A stretch of DNA of 64,000 nt from contig CAZEMI010000295.1 of assembly GCA_964513235.1 (NCBI GenBank), forward strand, positions 2,390 to 66,389, in the 5' to 3' direction. Origin of the DNA: an uncultured Acidobacterium sp. (GTDB taxonomy: Bacteria > Acidobacteriota > Vicinamibacteria > Vicinamibacterales > UBA2999). Below are positions 40,472 through 51,286 of the stretch, one piece after another; within the stretch, counting starts at the first letter, position 1, and every line of letters starts with the position of its first letter. The position numbers and the translations under genes are program-made. Under the pieces are notes generated by a model, which had not been told where the DNA came from, did no database searches, and saw only the letters and a program-made list of their open reading frames with translations.

Positions 40472-41836
40472 TCACGGCGCGGCAGCAGACGGGATGGCGA
40501 GCCGTGCGCTGATGCGCGACGGCGCCTGCACGATGCTGGCGCGCCGGAGCGGCAGCAGCGAAAACAGAATGCCCAGGATGGTCAGTTGCTTGAGCACGCC
40601 GCCAAGCACCACCTCGAGGTCGCGGTCAACCTGGCAGACGCTGAAGGCCGTCAATACGAACAGCGTTGGTCCCGCGATCGTCCGCAGCGATCGGAGCAGA
40701 GTCGCGAGTGTCCCCAGGAAGAGGCCGAGGATCGCCATGCCGGTGAGACAGCTCCAGACGCCGCCGTGGAGATAAAAGTTGCCGAGATGGCTGATGCCCA
40801 CCGCCACTCGCCCTTGCGCCTCTGGCGAGACTCCCCAGAATTCCGTGGCGAAGCGTAAGCCCCACCCGATCTGCTTGTCGGCATAGGCGGCTCGAGGGAC
40901 AAACGCCGAGATGAGGACGTTCCCCCACAACGAGTCCGATTGATACGGAATCACCGACGGCACCAGCGACTGCGTCACGACCAGCGAGTCGAACCCGTGG
41001 AACCGATTCTGGATGGCGGCAACCGCCCACTGCGGCCACGTCAGGCCCGAATACTCTCGCGCGCGCGGCAGCGCCTCGAGGTACCCGATGCCGCCGCCGA
41101 GCCCGCGATCGGCGTAGGTCTTCATCGCGCCAATCCACAGAAACAACGGCAATCCGACGATCGCCACGGTCATCGCGATCCGGCGCGGTGACAGTTCCGC
41201 GCCGATGCAGTACCCAATCAGCGCAGCGAGGAGCGGCTGCAGCGTGGACTCGCGGGAGAGCGACAACCGATCGTCGACGACCAGCGTGGCTGCGACGACG
41301 ACCGCCGTCAGCCATGCCGCGCCGGCACGCGCGCCGGCGGGGCGCCGTCCGCACGTGAAGGCCATCGAAAACACACCCGCCAGGACCGCCCACCCCAGCG
41401 TCTCGATCGGCGTCGTCGCCCAATCGGGCAGCCCGATCTCTCCCTCTGCATTCAGGCGCAGTAATCCGTGGCAGATCATGCCGGCGCCGACGAGCGTCGC
41501 CGCCACGTCGAGCGACAGCGGCGTGATCTCCCGCGGCGACGATCTGCCGCACGGGATGATCGCCACGGCGAGCAGATAACCGACGATCAGGATTGCCAAC
41601 GACAGCGTCGTGAGCATCAGCGCGCCGAGGATCGCTGTGGCCGGCGCGGCGGCGACCCGCTCGTGCACGTCGAGCCAATCCGGCTGCAGGTGCAGCAGCG
41701 TCGCTCGCGTCAGCACATGAATGGCATACAGCACGAGTAGCGGCGACAGCAAGTCGATATATCCGCGCTGCAGGCGGCGTGAGGCATAGAGGCCTGCGAC
41801 GATCACGAGTGCGAGCGCGGCCAGTGCGAAGAACAC
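40472..41836 (-). CDS. Polytopic membrane protein, candidate repeat-unit polymerase (Wzy-like)
   Basis: 454 aa with 10 or more hydrophobic segments. The call rests on position inside the polysaccharide operon, with no diagnostic motif. Confidence 0.5.
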   Translation of the reverse strand: MFFALAALALVIVAGLYASRRLQRGYIDLLSPLLVLYAIHVLTRATLLHLQPDWLDVHERVAAAPATAILGALMLTTLSLAILIVGYLLAVAIIPCGRSSPREITPLSLDVAATLVGAGMICHGLLRLNAEGEIGLPDWATTPIETLGWAVLAGVFSMAFTCGRRPAGARAGAAWLTAVVVAATLVVDDRLSLSRESTLQPLLAALIGYCIGAELSPRRIAMTVAIVGLPLFLWIGAMKTYADRGLGGGIGYLEALPRAREYSGLTWPQWAVAAIQNRFHGFDSLVVTQSLVPSVIPYQSDSLWGNVLISAFVPRAAYADKQIGWGLRFATEFWGVSPEAQGRVAVGISHLGNFYLHGGVWSCLTGMAILGLFLGTLATLLRSLRTIAGPTLFVLTAFSVCQVDRDLEVVLGGVLKQLTILGILFSLLPLRRASIVQAPSRISARLAIPSAAAP

Positions 41837-41837
41837 G

Positions 41838-43229
41838 TTACGATCCTGGCGCTACCCAGAGCGTGCGCGCCCACGTCCACGACCGCGACTGAGTGACCAG
41901 CGGCGTTCGATGGTTGAACCACGCCGGCGAAGGCCGTTCACCGGACCGGCCCATCCAGACGCGATACACGCCGGCCCGATCGTCGGTGGGCGGAAGGCCG
42001 TCGCGAACGAAATGCACCTTCCAGCGTCCGTTGACCGGCGCGAAGGCCTTGAATGCTTCGGCGTTGGCGACGACGACCGCGCCATCGGGAATCGAGCGAC
42101 GGATGGAGGCTTGCAGCCCGGCTTGCGCGTCGAGGTATTGCTGGTGAGTGCGCGACAGCACCACGGCGCTCAGCACGAACGTCGCCACCACTGCCACATG
42201 TGCGGCCGGCCGCGTCGTCCAGCGCAGCGAGGCAGCGTGGCTTGAAAGGCAACTCGCCGCGGGCAATGCTGCCAGTAACGACACAGGGAGCAGGAACCTC
42301 ATCCCAGGCACCCAGCCGGCGATCCCGTGGCCGATGCCGTCGCGATAGTAGTAGAACGCCGCGAGCACGATGACGGCCGCGCAGGTCAGCGGGATCGCCC
42401 ACGTTCGGGAATGGCGCGGCGACAGCGCCGCCCATCCGGCCAGCGGGGCAACCGCGAGCGCACACAGGTAAAAGACCAGAAACTGGGGCCAGTAGCGCCC
42501 GTCAAACGCCAGATGATGGTTGAGGATCCAATACGGCGTCAGCAAGGCGTGGCCGGTCACCATGACGTTGTAGAGTCCCATCAGGACGACGAACGGCAGC
42601 GCGCCGGCCGCGAGGCGACCCAGCGGGCGCAGGTCGCCGCCTGCCCGCTCGATCCACCAGAGCGTAGCGAATAGAATGGCGACGGGCGCGAGCCACAGGT
42701 GAAGCAACACCGCCGCTCCGAAGGCGGCGCCCGCGGCGACCGGCCGCGGACGGTCTCGCAACAGCAGCGACACCCCCACCAGACTCAAGACCGACGCCGG
42801 AACCATGCCGAGCAGCGTGCGTGAGTAGTACAGCATGCCGGGTTGCAGAAAATACACGGCGCTCCAGGCTTCCGACAGACCGGCGCGACGCAGCATGCCG
42901 CGAAACACGAATCCGCCGGCAAGGAAGAACGACGGCGCGACGACGAATGCCAAGCGCCATTGGGTCGCGACCGCCGGCACGAGCAGCGCGGCGTGGAACG
43001 GAGAAAATTTCGAGATCCGATGACCGCGCCACTCGAGTTCGGCATCGACGTTGAGATGCACGAGCTCGAGAAATGGCGTGCCCTGCGCCAGCGCCAGCGA
43101 CAGGATGTTGGCTTCGTCGTCAATCGCGTAGGTCACCGGGAAGTACCACAGCCACACAAGAACGTAGGCGCCGACCAGTGCGCCGAAGGTGAGGCGGCCG
43201 AGGCGCTCGCGGTCTGAGGCCCGTTTCAT
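41838..43229 (-). CDS. GT-C fold membrane glycosyltransferase (ArnT/PMT, GT39/83-like)
   Basis: I trimmed the start to the ATG at 43229, which forms an ATGA overlap with the upstream stop. The first loop carries a DDE motif (TYAIDDEANIL). About 11 TM segments are followed by a soluble C-terminal domain. Confidence 0.6.
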   Translation of the reverse strand: MKRASDRERLGRLTFGALVGAYVLVWLWYFPVTYAIDDEANILSLALAQGTPFLELVHLNVDAELEWRGHRISKFSPFHAALLVPAVATQWRLAFVVAPSFFLAGGFVFRGMLRRAGLSEAWSAVYFLQPGMLYYSRTLLGMVPASVLSLVGVSLLLRDRPRPVAAGAAFGAAVLLHLWLAPVAILFATLWWIERAGGDLRPLGRLAAGALPFVVLMGLYNVMVTGHALLTPYWILNHHLAFDGRYWPQFLVFYLCALAVAPLAGWAALSPRHSRTWAIPLTCAAVIVLAAFYYYRDGIGHGIAGWVPGMRFLLPVSLLAALPAASCLSSHAASLRWTTRPAAHVAVVATFVLSAVVLSRTHQQYLDAQAGLQASIRRSIPDGAVVVANAEAFKAFAPVNGRWKVHFVRDGLPPTDDRAGVYRVWMGRSGERPSPAWFNHRTPLVTQSRSWTWARTLWVAPGS

Positions 43230-44404
43230 GCCAGGCGTCGTCCTTCGTCCTCGCGAAGCAGCCGCGTCGCCAGGCTGGCGACGTAGTCGGGCTCGATGTC
43301 GTGCAGGCATTGCCCGCTGCGAGAGTGGCTGCACCCCGGGACGACCCCGCGATGGATGTGGATGCATGGACTGCACCGCAGGGTCGTCCGATACACCGCT
43401 TGCGCTGACGGACCGACCGGCGCATAGCGCTCGGGGCTGTTGGGACCGAACAGTCCCACTGTCGGCGTGCCCATGGCCGCGGCGAGGTGCATCACACCGG
43501 TGTCGTTGCTGACCAGCAGCGCGCAGCGGCGCAACAATTCAGCGGTGTGCGTGATTGAGGGCAAATCCATCGCTGCCACGGCGGTCAATCTGCACCCGCG
43601 CGCGAATTCGGCCGCCAGCGGAAGCTCGGCGCGGGTGCCGGTGAGGACGAAGCGGTCGACGCCGGCGCGCTCGTGGAGCAATTCCGCAAGTCGCGCGAAC
43701 CGCGCTATCGGCCAGCGTCGCGCGACCGCCGACGAACCGCACCCGACATGCAGCGCCACGGTGCGCCAGGGCTGCGCCAGGCGATGCTGTTGCCACCACT
43801 GATTCACCCACTCGATGGCCGGCGCCGGGACCGGCAGCGGGAGCGCGGATTCGCATTGCAGGGCCGGTTCGATGGTTCGCGCGAGCGCGCAGTACGCGTC
43901 CCACATCGAATCCCGGCCGCTCAGCGGCACCGTCATCGTCTGGAACCGTGACCGCGGACTGCCGTCGGCTGCCAGCCCGATGCGGTTCGCGATCCCGGTC
44001 AATGATAGAAATGCGGCGACGAGCACCAGATGCTGCTCGAAATCAATGACGACGTCGTAGGCTTCGCGACGTAGCTCCCGGATCTTTGCCAGGAACCGGC
44101 CGGGTGTCGCATCCGCGCCCCCGGGATCGAACGAATGCACTCGCACGCGGTGGATGGTCCCGAGCACTGGTCGGGTCGCCGGTCCAGCCAGCACGCCGAT
44201 GGTGAGCTCCGGGCGCCTTCGCTGCAGATGCGCGATGACGGAGCGCATCAACACGGCGTCGCCCATGCCGACGAGTTTCACCATCAACACGCGCGTCGCG
44301 GTCGGCGGAGGCTCAACCGCGTGCGGGTGCGGCCGTGGCATCGTCCGCAAGGCGCTTTCGACCAGGCGATTGGAGATCTTCAGCAGTCGACGGGCCGCAG
44401 ACAT
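43226..44404 (-). CDS. Glycosyltransferase family 9 (heptosyltransferase-like)
   Basis: ..VKLVGMGDAVLMRSVIAHL.. and ..LVSNDTGVMHLAAAMGTPTVGLFGP.. motifs. Start trimmed to the ATG at 44404, directly after the upstream stop. Confidence 0.8.
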   Translation of the reverse strand: MSAARRLLKISNRLVESALRTMPRPHPHAVEPPPTATRVLMVKLVGMGDAVLMRSVIAHLQRRRPELTIGVLAGPATRPVLGTIHRVRVHSFDPGGADATPGRFLAKIRELRREAYDVVIDFEQHLVLVAAFLSLTGIANRIGLAADGSPRSRFQTMTVPLSGRDSMWDAYCALARTIEPALQCESALPLPVPAPAIEWVNQWWQQHRLAQPWRTVALHVGCGSSAVARRWPIARFARLAELLHERAGVDRFVLTGTRAELPLAAEFARGCRLTAVAAMDLPSITHTAELLRRCALLVSNDTGVMHLAAAMGTPTVGLFGPNSPERYAPVGPSAQAVYRTTLRCSPCIHIHRGVVPGCSHSRSGQCLHDIEPDYVASLATRLLREDEGRRLA

Positions 44405-44406
44405 GG

Positions 44407-45585
44407 CTATTCGGCGGAGGCGGGCACGGCGATCTGGTTGTAAAGCGCAGCGACGCGGCGCGCCGTGCGATCGATCGAGTAGCGGCACCGGACCAGCGGC
44501 GATGCGGCGCTGGCGAGCCGGTCACGCAGCGCCGCGTCGGTGACCAGACCGGTGATGGCGCGCGCGAGAGCGGCGCTGTCTCCGGGCGGTACCAGGCGGC
44601 CGTCCACGCCATCCGCGATGATTGATGGCGGCGCGCCCGCGTCACACGCAATCACCGGCACGCCGGCGGCCATCGCCTCGATGATCACCTGGCCGAACGG
44701 CTCGGGGTTGATGCTGCAATGGACCACGATGTCCGATTGATCGAGCAGCGCTCCCACATCTCGCACCACGCCGTCGAACTGGATCCGGTCAGCCAGTCCC
44801 GCGCGGGCGACGTCGCGTTGGAGCACCGCGGCGAACCCGGCGTCCGCGGCCGTCGTGGGGCCGCCCGCGATCACGAATCGCGTGTCCGGATGTTCAGCCA
44901 GCACTCGGCGGGCTGCATCGACGAACACGCGATGACCCTTCCACTCCGCGATCCGGCCCAGCAGCACCACTCTGGGCGGTTGCGCGCGGCGCGGCCGCGG
45001 CCGGTCTGGCAGATAGGCAACGCCATCGGGAATCGTCCGCACCGTCGGCCCGCCCAATTCAGGGAGGCAGATCGACGCGGCGGTCGCCGCCGAATTGCAA
45101 ATGACAATGCGCGGCCCCCATCGCACCAGCGTTCGAATCGCCGCGGCGGTCAGTGCCGGCAAGTACGGCGGCGCGATGATGTCGCGAACGTGCCAGAGCA
45201 ATACCGGCGCTCGCCGCGGCAGTGCCAGCGACAGCAGATGCGCCTTCAACCCGTTCGAATGAATCACGTCGGGTCGCCAGGCGGCGGCGATCCGCCGAAG
45301 CCGCGCCGCGTAGACGATCACCGACACGGCGCTGCCGATCATGCCGCGAACGAGATGATGGCGGTTGACTCGGGCCATGTTCGCGGGCATCGGCAGAGAG
45401 ATGACGCGGCATCCCGGGATGCGTCGAAACTCTCTCGCCAGCGGTCCATCGGAGCCCAGCACCACCAGCGGCCGGATGCGCCGCCGATCGAGCGCCGACA
45501 CCAGACGCAGCAGCGCGATGGTGCCGCCGGTCACCAGTGCCGACGGTTCCAGGAACATCACCCGCGCGGCACGTGGCCGATTCAT
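44407..45585 (-). CDS. Glycosyltransferase family 4 (GT-B, RfaB-like)
   Basis: ..GGTIALLRL.., ..GRIAEWKGH.., ..EPFGQVIIEAMAAGVPVIA.. motifs. The start forms an ATGA overlap with the upstream gene. Confidence 0.85.
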   Translation of the reverse strand: MNRPRAARVMFLEPSALVTGGTIALLRLVSALDRRRIRPLVVLGSDGPLAREFRRIPGCRVISLPMPANMARVNRHHLVRGMIGSAVSVIVYAARLRRIAAAWRPDVIHSNGLKAHLLSLALPRRAPVLLWHVRDIIAPPYLPALTAAAIRTLVRWGPRIVICNSAATAASICLPELGGPTVRTIPDGVAYLPDRPRPRRAQPPRVVLLGRIAEWKGHRVFVDAARRVLAEHPDTRFVIAGGPTTAADAGFAAVLQRDVARAGLADRIQFDGVVRDVGALLDQSDIVVHCSINPEPFGQVIIEAMAAGVPVIACDAGAPPSIIADGVDGRLVPPGDSAALARAITGLVTDAALRDRLASAASPLVRCRYSIDRTARRVAALYNQIAVPASAE

Positions 45586-46664
45586 GACTGGTATACCGCG
45601 GCCGTCGCGCGCGCGACGTCCGGCCACGTGTGCGTGCGCGCCCAGAGGCGCGCGCGGAGGGCACGCGCCTGCGCCTCGTCCGGAGAGGTCAGCACCTGGA
45701 GCAACATCGCCGCCAGGGGCCAGCCACCATCCTCACTGACTGGGTACAACAGATCGGCCGGGAACTCCGCGAGCGACGCGTGGCGCGTCGCCACCACTGG
45801 CACACCGACCGCGAACGCCTCGAGCACGGGCAATCCAAATCCCTCATAGAGCGACGGCATCGCCACCACGTCGGCCGCGGCATACATCAGCGGCAGCTCA
45901 TGCTCCGGCACGAAATCGCGTTGGCGCACGCGATCGCTGATGCCCAGCGACGCGATCTGCGCGCGCTGAGCCGGCGTGAAGCGGCCTCCCACCTGCAGCA
46001 GCCGGGTGCGCGGGTCGATCGACGCCAGCCGCGCGATGGCGGCGAGCAGATCCTCGATGTTCTTACGCGGTACGCACGAACCGATGTGCAGGACGAGCCG
46101 GTCGTGCCGGGCCACGCCGGCGAGGCGCCGCCCGCGCGCGCGCGCGGCGGGTTGATCGTCCACAAAGAAGCGCTCGTCAACACCGAGCGGCTGCACCAGC
46201 GATCGTTGGGCGAGCCGCGGGTAATGTGCGATCAACGACCGCCGCGTCGAGTGCGAGTCACACACACACGCGTCCGCGGTCTGCAGGCCATCACACACCC
46301 ACTCGTTCACGCGTCTGACAACGCGGTCGCGCAGCGTCGGAATCGTGGTCCGCCGATGCAGCGCCAGCAGGTCATGCACCGTGACGACCGTCCGCGTCTG
46401 GGGCGACCGCCGATGCAGGAGGTGTGCGTACGACTGGTCGAGTACGTGCACGAGGTCCCAGCGCGACCAGTCAACCGTGTACGGATGAATCAGCCACCGC
46501 GCCGCAAACCGGCTCCACGGTGGATACGCGGGATCGACGTGCATGGCCACCTGCCACCCTCGTCCAAGCGCACCCGGCAGGTGCAGCGCCATGGCCGCCG
46601 CGTAGCGATCCATCGATCGCCATCCTTCCAGACGGAGACTGGGCACGAGCAGAACGCGCGTCAT
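45582..46664 (-). CDS. Glycosyltransferase family 4
   Basis: ..EGFGLPVLEAFAVGVPVVA.. motif. Start trimmed to the ATG at 46664 (ATGA overlap). Confidence 0.8.
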   Translation of the reverse strand: MTRVLLVPSLRLEGWRSMDRYAAAMALHLPGALGRGWQVAMHVDPAYPPWSRFAARWLIHPYTVDWSRWDLVHVLDQSYAHLLHRRSPQTRTVVTVHDLLALHRRTTIPTLRDRVVRRVNEWVCDGLQTADACVCDSHSTRRSLIAHYPRLAQRSLVQPLGVDERFFVDDQPAARARGRRLAGVARHDRLVLHIGSCVPRKNIEDLLAAIARLASIDPRTRLLQVGGRFTPAQRAQIASLGISDRVRQRDFVPEHELPLMYAAADVVAMPSLYEGFGLPVLEAFAVGVPVVATRHASLAEFPADLLYPVSEDGGWPLAAMLLQVLTSPDEAQARALRARLWARTHTWPDVARATAAVYQS

Positions 46665-47887
46665 TGCGCCGACACCGACGCGTGCCGCGTCAGGCGCCGC
46701 AGCGGCGAGCACGGCGCCGCGCTGCCCGAGGCCCTTGCCCGCGGCGCACGTGCCCCCAGCGGCGGCGTGATCGCCCGCCGGATGCCCCGGGCCAGGTGTC
46801 GAGCCGCGATGTCGTACGACAGCAGCCGCGCTGCCAGCGGACGTCCGTACAACCGCCGCTGAAGCAGTTCGGGATTCTGCGCCAGGCGGCACAGCAGGCG
46901 CGCCAGACCGGTCGGGTGATCCGCGTCTTTGACGCCGTGGAACGGCAGCAGCGAGCCGCACCGCCTGACGAACGATCGCGATCGCTCGATGTCGGTGACC
47001 ACCGCATAGACGTTGCAGGCCAGGTATTCGGGGAGCTTCGCCGACCAGGTGAAGCGGCCGTCGAGATCGTTCGACATCGTGACCAGGCCGACATCCATCA
47101 GCGAGTAATATGCGGGCAGCTGGTCGTGCGGAATGTGGCCGGTGAAGATCACGCGCTCGGAGATCCCGGCTTCCTCGGCCAGCGCCTTCAGCCGTTCGAG
47201 CCCCGGCCCGTCACCCACGACCAACCCCGCAACCGGCACGTCGTCCAGTTCCCGCAAGGCCAGGACCAAGTCCCAGCCCGGCACCATGTCCGGCGAGCGC
47301 GATTGCGCCAGATGCCCCACCACGCCCACGACCAGCTTTCCCTTCAGGCCGAACTGTTCCTGCAGCCGAGTGGCGTCGACCGGAGCGACTTCTCTGAGGT
47401 CCACCGCTCCCGGCACGCACACCACGTTGGCCACGCCGCGCGATCGCAGGTAGCACCGGTGATAGGGCGACCACACGGCCCACAGATCGGCGTAGCGCCA
47501 CAACACTCGTTCGAGCGCCACCCCGATCAGGCCGCGAATCGGCGCGCCGTTCTTACGATGGGTGCTGTAGACCTCGTCGCCGTTGCCGATGCCGAGCCGG
47601 GAGCCAAACAGCCACTTGGCGATGATTCCGCCAATCAGTCCCGAGTAGCCGAACAGTTCTACGTAGATCAGGTCGGGACGGCTGCGGTACGCCGCCCCCA
47701 CCAGGCCGCCAATCGCGCGGAGCTTGCCTCCGAACGAATCGCGGTAGAGGACCTGACTCGCCGGGTCGCAGGGAATGCGGCGGCGGAACTGCCGTACTCG
47801 CCGCCCGTCGGTCGAGTCCTCGGCCGAGTTGGCGAAGAACAGGATCCGCGGGAGCGCGCCGGGCGGTTTGCTCGACTTGTCACTCAT
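46661..47887 (-). CDS. Glycosyltransferase (GT-B fold, GT4-like, divergent)
   Basis: 408 aa. The N-terminal Rossmann-like half (ILFFANS..) and position in the operon support the call, but the EX7E region is weak. Confidence 0.65.
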   Translation of the reverse strand: MSDKSSKPPGALPRILFFANSAEDSTDGRRVRQFRRRIPCDPASQVLYRDSFGGKLRAIGGLVGAAYRSRPDLIYVELFGYSGLIGGIIAKWLFGSRLGIGNGDEVYSTHRKNGAPIRGLIGVALERVLWRYADLWAVWSPYHRCYLRSRGVANVVCVPGAVDLREVAPVDATRLQEQFGLKGKLVVGVVGHLAQSRSPDMVPGWDLVLALRELDDVPVAGLVVGDGPGLERLKALAEEAGISERVIFTGHIPHDQLPAYYSLMDVGLVTMSNDLDGRFTWSAKLPEYLACNVYAVVTDIERSRSFVRRCGSLLPFHGVKDADHPTGLARLLCRLAQNPELLQRRLYGRPLAARLLSYDIAARHLARGIRRAITPPLGARAPRARASGSAAPCSPLRRLTRHASVSAQ

Positions 47888-47938
47888 GAATTCTTCGTCC
47901 TCGGGGGAGAGCGAAACAGGTGTGTCAGTGCCGGGTGA

Positions 47939-49183
47939 TCACGCGCACGCCGCGCCGCCGTCGCCGGTCAGATGCCAATGCACGCCAAGCGTCGATGCCA
48001 CGGCGGCGAGCGAGAGATGCCGGTCGAATGCGGCCAGGGCCGCGGCCGCGAGGCGATGACGCGCAAACGGATTGGCCAGCAGCTCGATCGTCGCGCGCGC
48101 GAAATCGTCAGGGCCGTCGGCGATTGCCACCGCGTGCCGCACGACGTCGAGGCCTTCGACGCCTTTCGTCGTGGTCAGGATCGCCTTGCCATGACGGCAC
48201 CCGTCGACGATCTTCAGGCGCGTGCCGCTGCCATGGTGAATCGGTGCCACGACGACGGCGGCATCGTTGTACAGCCGCAGGAGATCGGGTGCGGGATCCA
48301 TGAGATCGACGCCGGGTGGCAGCGCCGCTCGGCGCGTCAACCCGACGGCGCCGCGGCCGGCCAGAATCAGCCGTGCGTCGGGGCGCGCCGCGATCACGAT
48401 TGGCCAGACGGCGCGCAACAGCCAGTCTGCCCCGTTTGCGTTTGGACCGTACGCGAAGTTCGCGACCATCAGGACGCGGGGCGCATGACCGAGACGCGGC
48501 GCGGGGCTCGGCAGCGGCGCCATGCCGCTCGGCACGACCGTCACGGGTGCGCGCGACACAAGCTCGCTGATGCGCTGCTGATCGACCGCCGAAACGGCCC
48601 ACACCTCGTCCACGGTCGCGAGGTGCCGAAGTGCGACGCGCCGAACGCCGCGCCAGTTCGCCCACGGGCCGGCGCGCTGCAACAGCGGCACCGTCCGGAT
48701 CAGTTCTCGAGCCAGGAACTCGTCGGCATCATGACAGTCGATCACCAGGCGCCCGCTGAACACCCGCCGGATGTCGGGCACCAGATGCAGGAACAACGAC
48801 CGCGCAATCACGGTGTTCGGGCGCAGCTCGCGGATGGCCTCGACGAAGAAATCCGCCAGCCGCGAAGTGTCCAGCCACCACCCAAACGGGTGATCCCCGC
48901 TGCAGGTGGCGTAGCCGAGTTTCCGGACGATGGTCGATCGCCAGGAAGTCTCCGTGCGCAGGGGGATCCGGCCGGCAAGCACGATCTGGCCCCGCAGCGC
49001 GGCCGCCTCCTCCGCAACCGTGAGATCGCGGCGCGGCGACGCGAGCGCCAGCATGGGCGTCCAGCCAAGGCGCTGGAGGACCGCGACGTGCTGGGCATCG
49101 CGAATAGCGTTGCCGGCTCGTGCTGGAAAAGGCGACTCCGGAAGCAGCAAGAGGGCGCGGTGCTGGTCGGCGTTGATCGACAT
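47939..49183 (-). CDS. Glycosyltransferase family 4
   Basis: ..LLLLPESPFPARAGNAIRD.., ..VVAPIHHGSGTRLKIVDGCRHGKAILTT.. motifs. Start trimmed to the ATG at 49183. Confidence 0.7.
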   Translation of the reverse strand: MSINADQHRALLLLPESPFPARAGNAIRDAQHVAVLQRLGWTPMLALASPRRDLTVAEEAAALRGQIVLAGRIPLRTETSWRSTIVRKLGYATCSGDHPFGWWLDTSRLADFFVEAIRELRPNTVIARSLFLHLVPDIRRVFSGRLVIDCHDADEFLARELIRTVPLLQRAGPWANWRGVRRVALRHLATVDEVWAVSAVDQQRISELVSRAPVTVVPSGMAPLPSPAPRLGHAPRVLMVANFAYGPNANGADWLLRAVWPIVIAARPDARLILAGRGAVGLTRRAALPPGVDLMDPAPDLLRLYNDAAVVVAPIHHGSGTRLKIVDGCRHGKAILTTTKGVEGLDVVRHAVAIADGPDDFARATIELLANPFARHRLAAAALAAFDRHLSLAAVASTLGVHWHLTGDGGAACA

Positions 49184-49185
49184 CG

Positions 49186-50232
49186 TTAGTGCAGCGTGGT
49201 GACGGCGGTATAGGCGGCTTCCAACCGCCCGCCGAGGCGCTTGACTGAGTACTCGTGCCTGACGAGCTCGGACAGATCCGGTTCCGCAGGCGCCCACACG
49301 GCCTTCAGCACTGCTGACCTGATTGACGCGCGGTCGCGCGGATTGCAGTAGGAGACAAGATCGTCGAAGTACTCACGCGTCGCGCCCTGCTCGGTAATCG
49401 CAACCCGGCAGCCGAGCCCGGCCGCCTCGAGCGCCGCAAGGCCGCAGGTTTCACGCAGGCTCGGCTGCACGTACACGCCCGCGACCTTCATCGCCGCCAG
49501 CACCACCTCGTGTGGTTGTACGCCGACGAACCAGTGACGGCCGCGAGCCGCCGCCTTGCAGCGCGGCAAGTAATCGTCGGTATCTTCCGGTGAGGGATCG
49601 CCGATGAACATGACCCGTACCGGTGTGTCGTCGAGAGCCTCGATCAACGCGAGCTGGTTCTTGACCGCGTGAAAGGAACCCACGCAGAGCACGACCTGTG
49701 AATCGGCCAGCACGTCATGCATCCACGGCGGCAACGCCATGGCGTCGCCGCCGGACACGCGCACGGCGTTTGGCACGACGCGCAGACGATCGGTGGGGAC
49801 GCGGGCGTGCCGAGTCAACCGATCGGCCTCGGCGTGCGACGCCGGCAACAGCAAGTCCGGAAAGGCGAGGAAATGTCTAATCTCGCGCTCGTCCGTCGGT
49901 GGCTGCCAGCTTGGACTGCCAAGACGATGGAGGGCATGGCGCACCTCGCGTAGCAGCCACGGGCGCCGAGGCCGCTCGCACCAGAGCGTTGGCGTCACCA
50001 CCAGGGGACGGCCGAAGGCTTTGAGCCGGGGCCAGCACTCCCAGCCGACGCAGTGAAAGTAATGAATCACGTCAAACGACCCGATCCGATCCCGCCATTG
50101 GTCGTACAGGATGACGGTGTGCCCGCGACGCTGCAGCTCCTCACGGCATGTCAGCAGCATTTGTTCGCCGCCGCCGGCGACCGCGAAGGCCAACGGATGC
50201 GTGAGAAACGCGATCCTGAGCGGCCCGGTCAT
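49186..50232 (-). CDS. Glycosyltransferase family 4
   Basis: ..RIAFLTHPLAFAVAGGGEQ.., ..ETCGLAALEAAGLGCRVAIT.. motifs. Start trimmed to the ATG at 50232. Confidence 0.8.
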   Translation of the reverse strand: MTGPLRIAFLTHPLAFAVAGGGEQMLLTCREELQRRGHTVILYDQWRDRIGSFDVIHYFHCVGWECWPRLKAFGRPLVVTPTLWCERPRRPWLLREVRHALHRLGSPSWQPPTDEREIRHFLAFPDLLLPASHAEADRLTRHARVPTDRLRVVPNAVRVSGGDAMALPPWMHDVLADSQVVLCVGSFHAVKNQLALIEALDDTPVRVMFIGDPSPEDTDDYLPRCKAAARGRHWFVGVQPHEVVLAAMKVAGVYVQPSLRETCGLAALEAAGLGCRVAITEQGATREYFDDLVSYCNPRDRASIRSAVLKAVWAPAEPDLSELVRHEYSVKRLGGRLEAAYTAVTTLH

Positions 50233-50251
50233 GACCGGAAGATCGTGCCGG

Positions 50252-51286
50252 TCACGCGGCCAGGTCGGCGAGCAGCGCCGTCGCGCGGCTGACGTAGGTG
50301 TGCGCGCTCGCAATCGACGCGGCGCGCTCGCGCACGCGGCGAGCCCACCGGTGGTCGCCGAGGAGGCGATCCAGCTTGTCGTCGATCTCGGCTGGGTCGC
50401 GGTAGTAGACGGCCGCGTCATCCTCGGGAAAGAACTCGGCCTGCTCGCGGGTGAAACTGGAGAGCATGACGCCGCCGCCGCCCGGAATTTCGAAGGTGCG
50501 CATGTTATGCCCCGGCATGTTCAAATCGCTCAGCACGTTCAGGCTCACCGCGGCCGCGGCATATGCGGCGGCGCACTGCCGCGCCACGAGCGCACGCGAA
50601 TGCGTGATATGGCGGGTGCCGCTCGCCGCGCGCGTCCAGCGGTTGCCCCACAGCCCGACGGTGTGACGCGTAACGGCGCGGAGATGGGCTTCACGCTTGT
50701 CGGTGTGATTACCGACGAACACCACCGAATGGGCCGGTCCGCAGCTGGCGCAGACGGGGTTCGGCGCGCTGGTCGCGAAGGCAGGGTCTACACCAAACGG
50801 CAAATATGCAGCGGCAACTCCCGTTTGCCTCAGCTGCCGCGCCAGGTCGCGCTGCCAGATCCAGACCCGCGTGTACTCGGCGAGGATCGCCACCAGATCG
50901 CGCCGTTGCGCCGAAGTGTGCCGCGGATCAAGCGGCACGCCGCAGTACGGGTTGTCTGGATAGTAGTTGCCGATCGGGATGCCAAGCGTGTGGCGGATCA
51001 ATCGCACGGTGGCCGCATGCAGGTAGGTCCCCTTGATCACCAGCACGAAGTCCGGACGCGTGCGGCGAATAATCGCCACCGTCTGGGCGTTCATCCGCTG
51101 CCACAGCCACCCGCGCAGCAGCCGCCGCACGGCACGGCATTGCGCGCCGGGCAGGGCGGAGTAATACGCGCGGTCGCAATCGAACCGGCTCACCTGCTTG
51201 CCCAGCCGTTCGAACGCGCGCGCAAAGCTCGCCGCCAGTTGACCTGGGCCCATGGGCCCGATCACCATCACACGATCTGGAGACAT
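50252..51286 (-). CDS. CgeB-like glycosyltransferase (Glyco_trans_1_2-type C-terminal domain)
   Basis: ..NMRTFEIPGGGGVMLSSFTREQAEFFPEDDAAVYY.. resembles CgeB-family proteins (from memory). Confidence 0.65.
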   Translation of the reverse strand: MSPDRVMVIGPMGPGQLAASFARAFERLGKQVSRFDCDRAYYSALPGAQCRAVRRLLRGWLWQRMNAQTVAIIRRTRPDFVLVIKGTYLHAATVRLIRHTLGIPIGNYYPDNPYCGVPLDPRHTSAQRRDLVAILAEYTRVWIWQRDLARQLRQTGVAAAYLPFGVDPAFATSAPNPVCASCGPAHSVVFVGNHTDKREAHLRAVTRHTVGLWGNRWTRAASGTRHITHSRALVARQCAAAYAAAAVSLNVLSDLNMPGHNMRTFEIPGGGGVMLSSFTREQAEFFPEDDAAVYYRDPAEIDDKLDRLLGDHRWARRVRERAASIASAHTYVSRATALLADLAA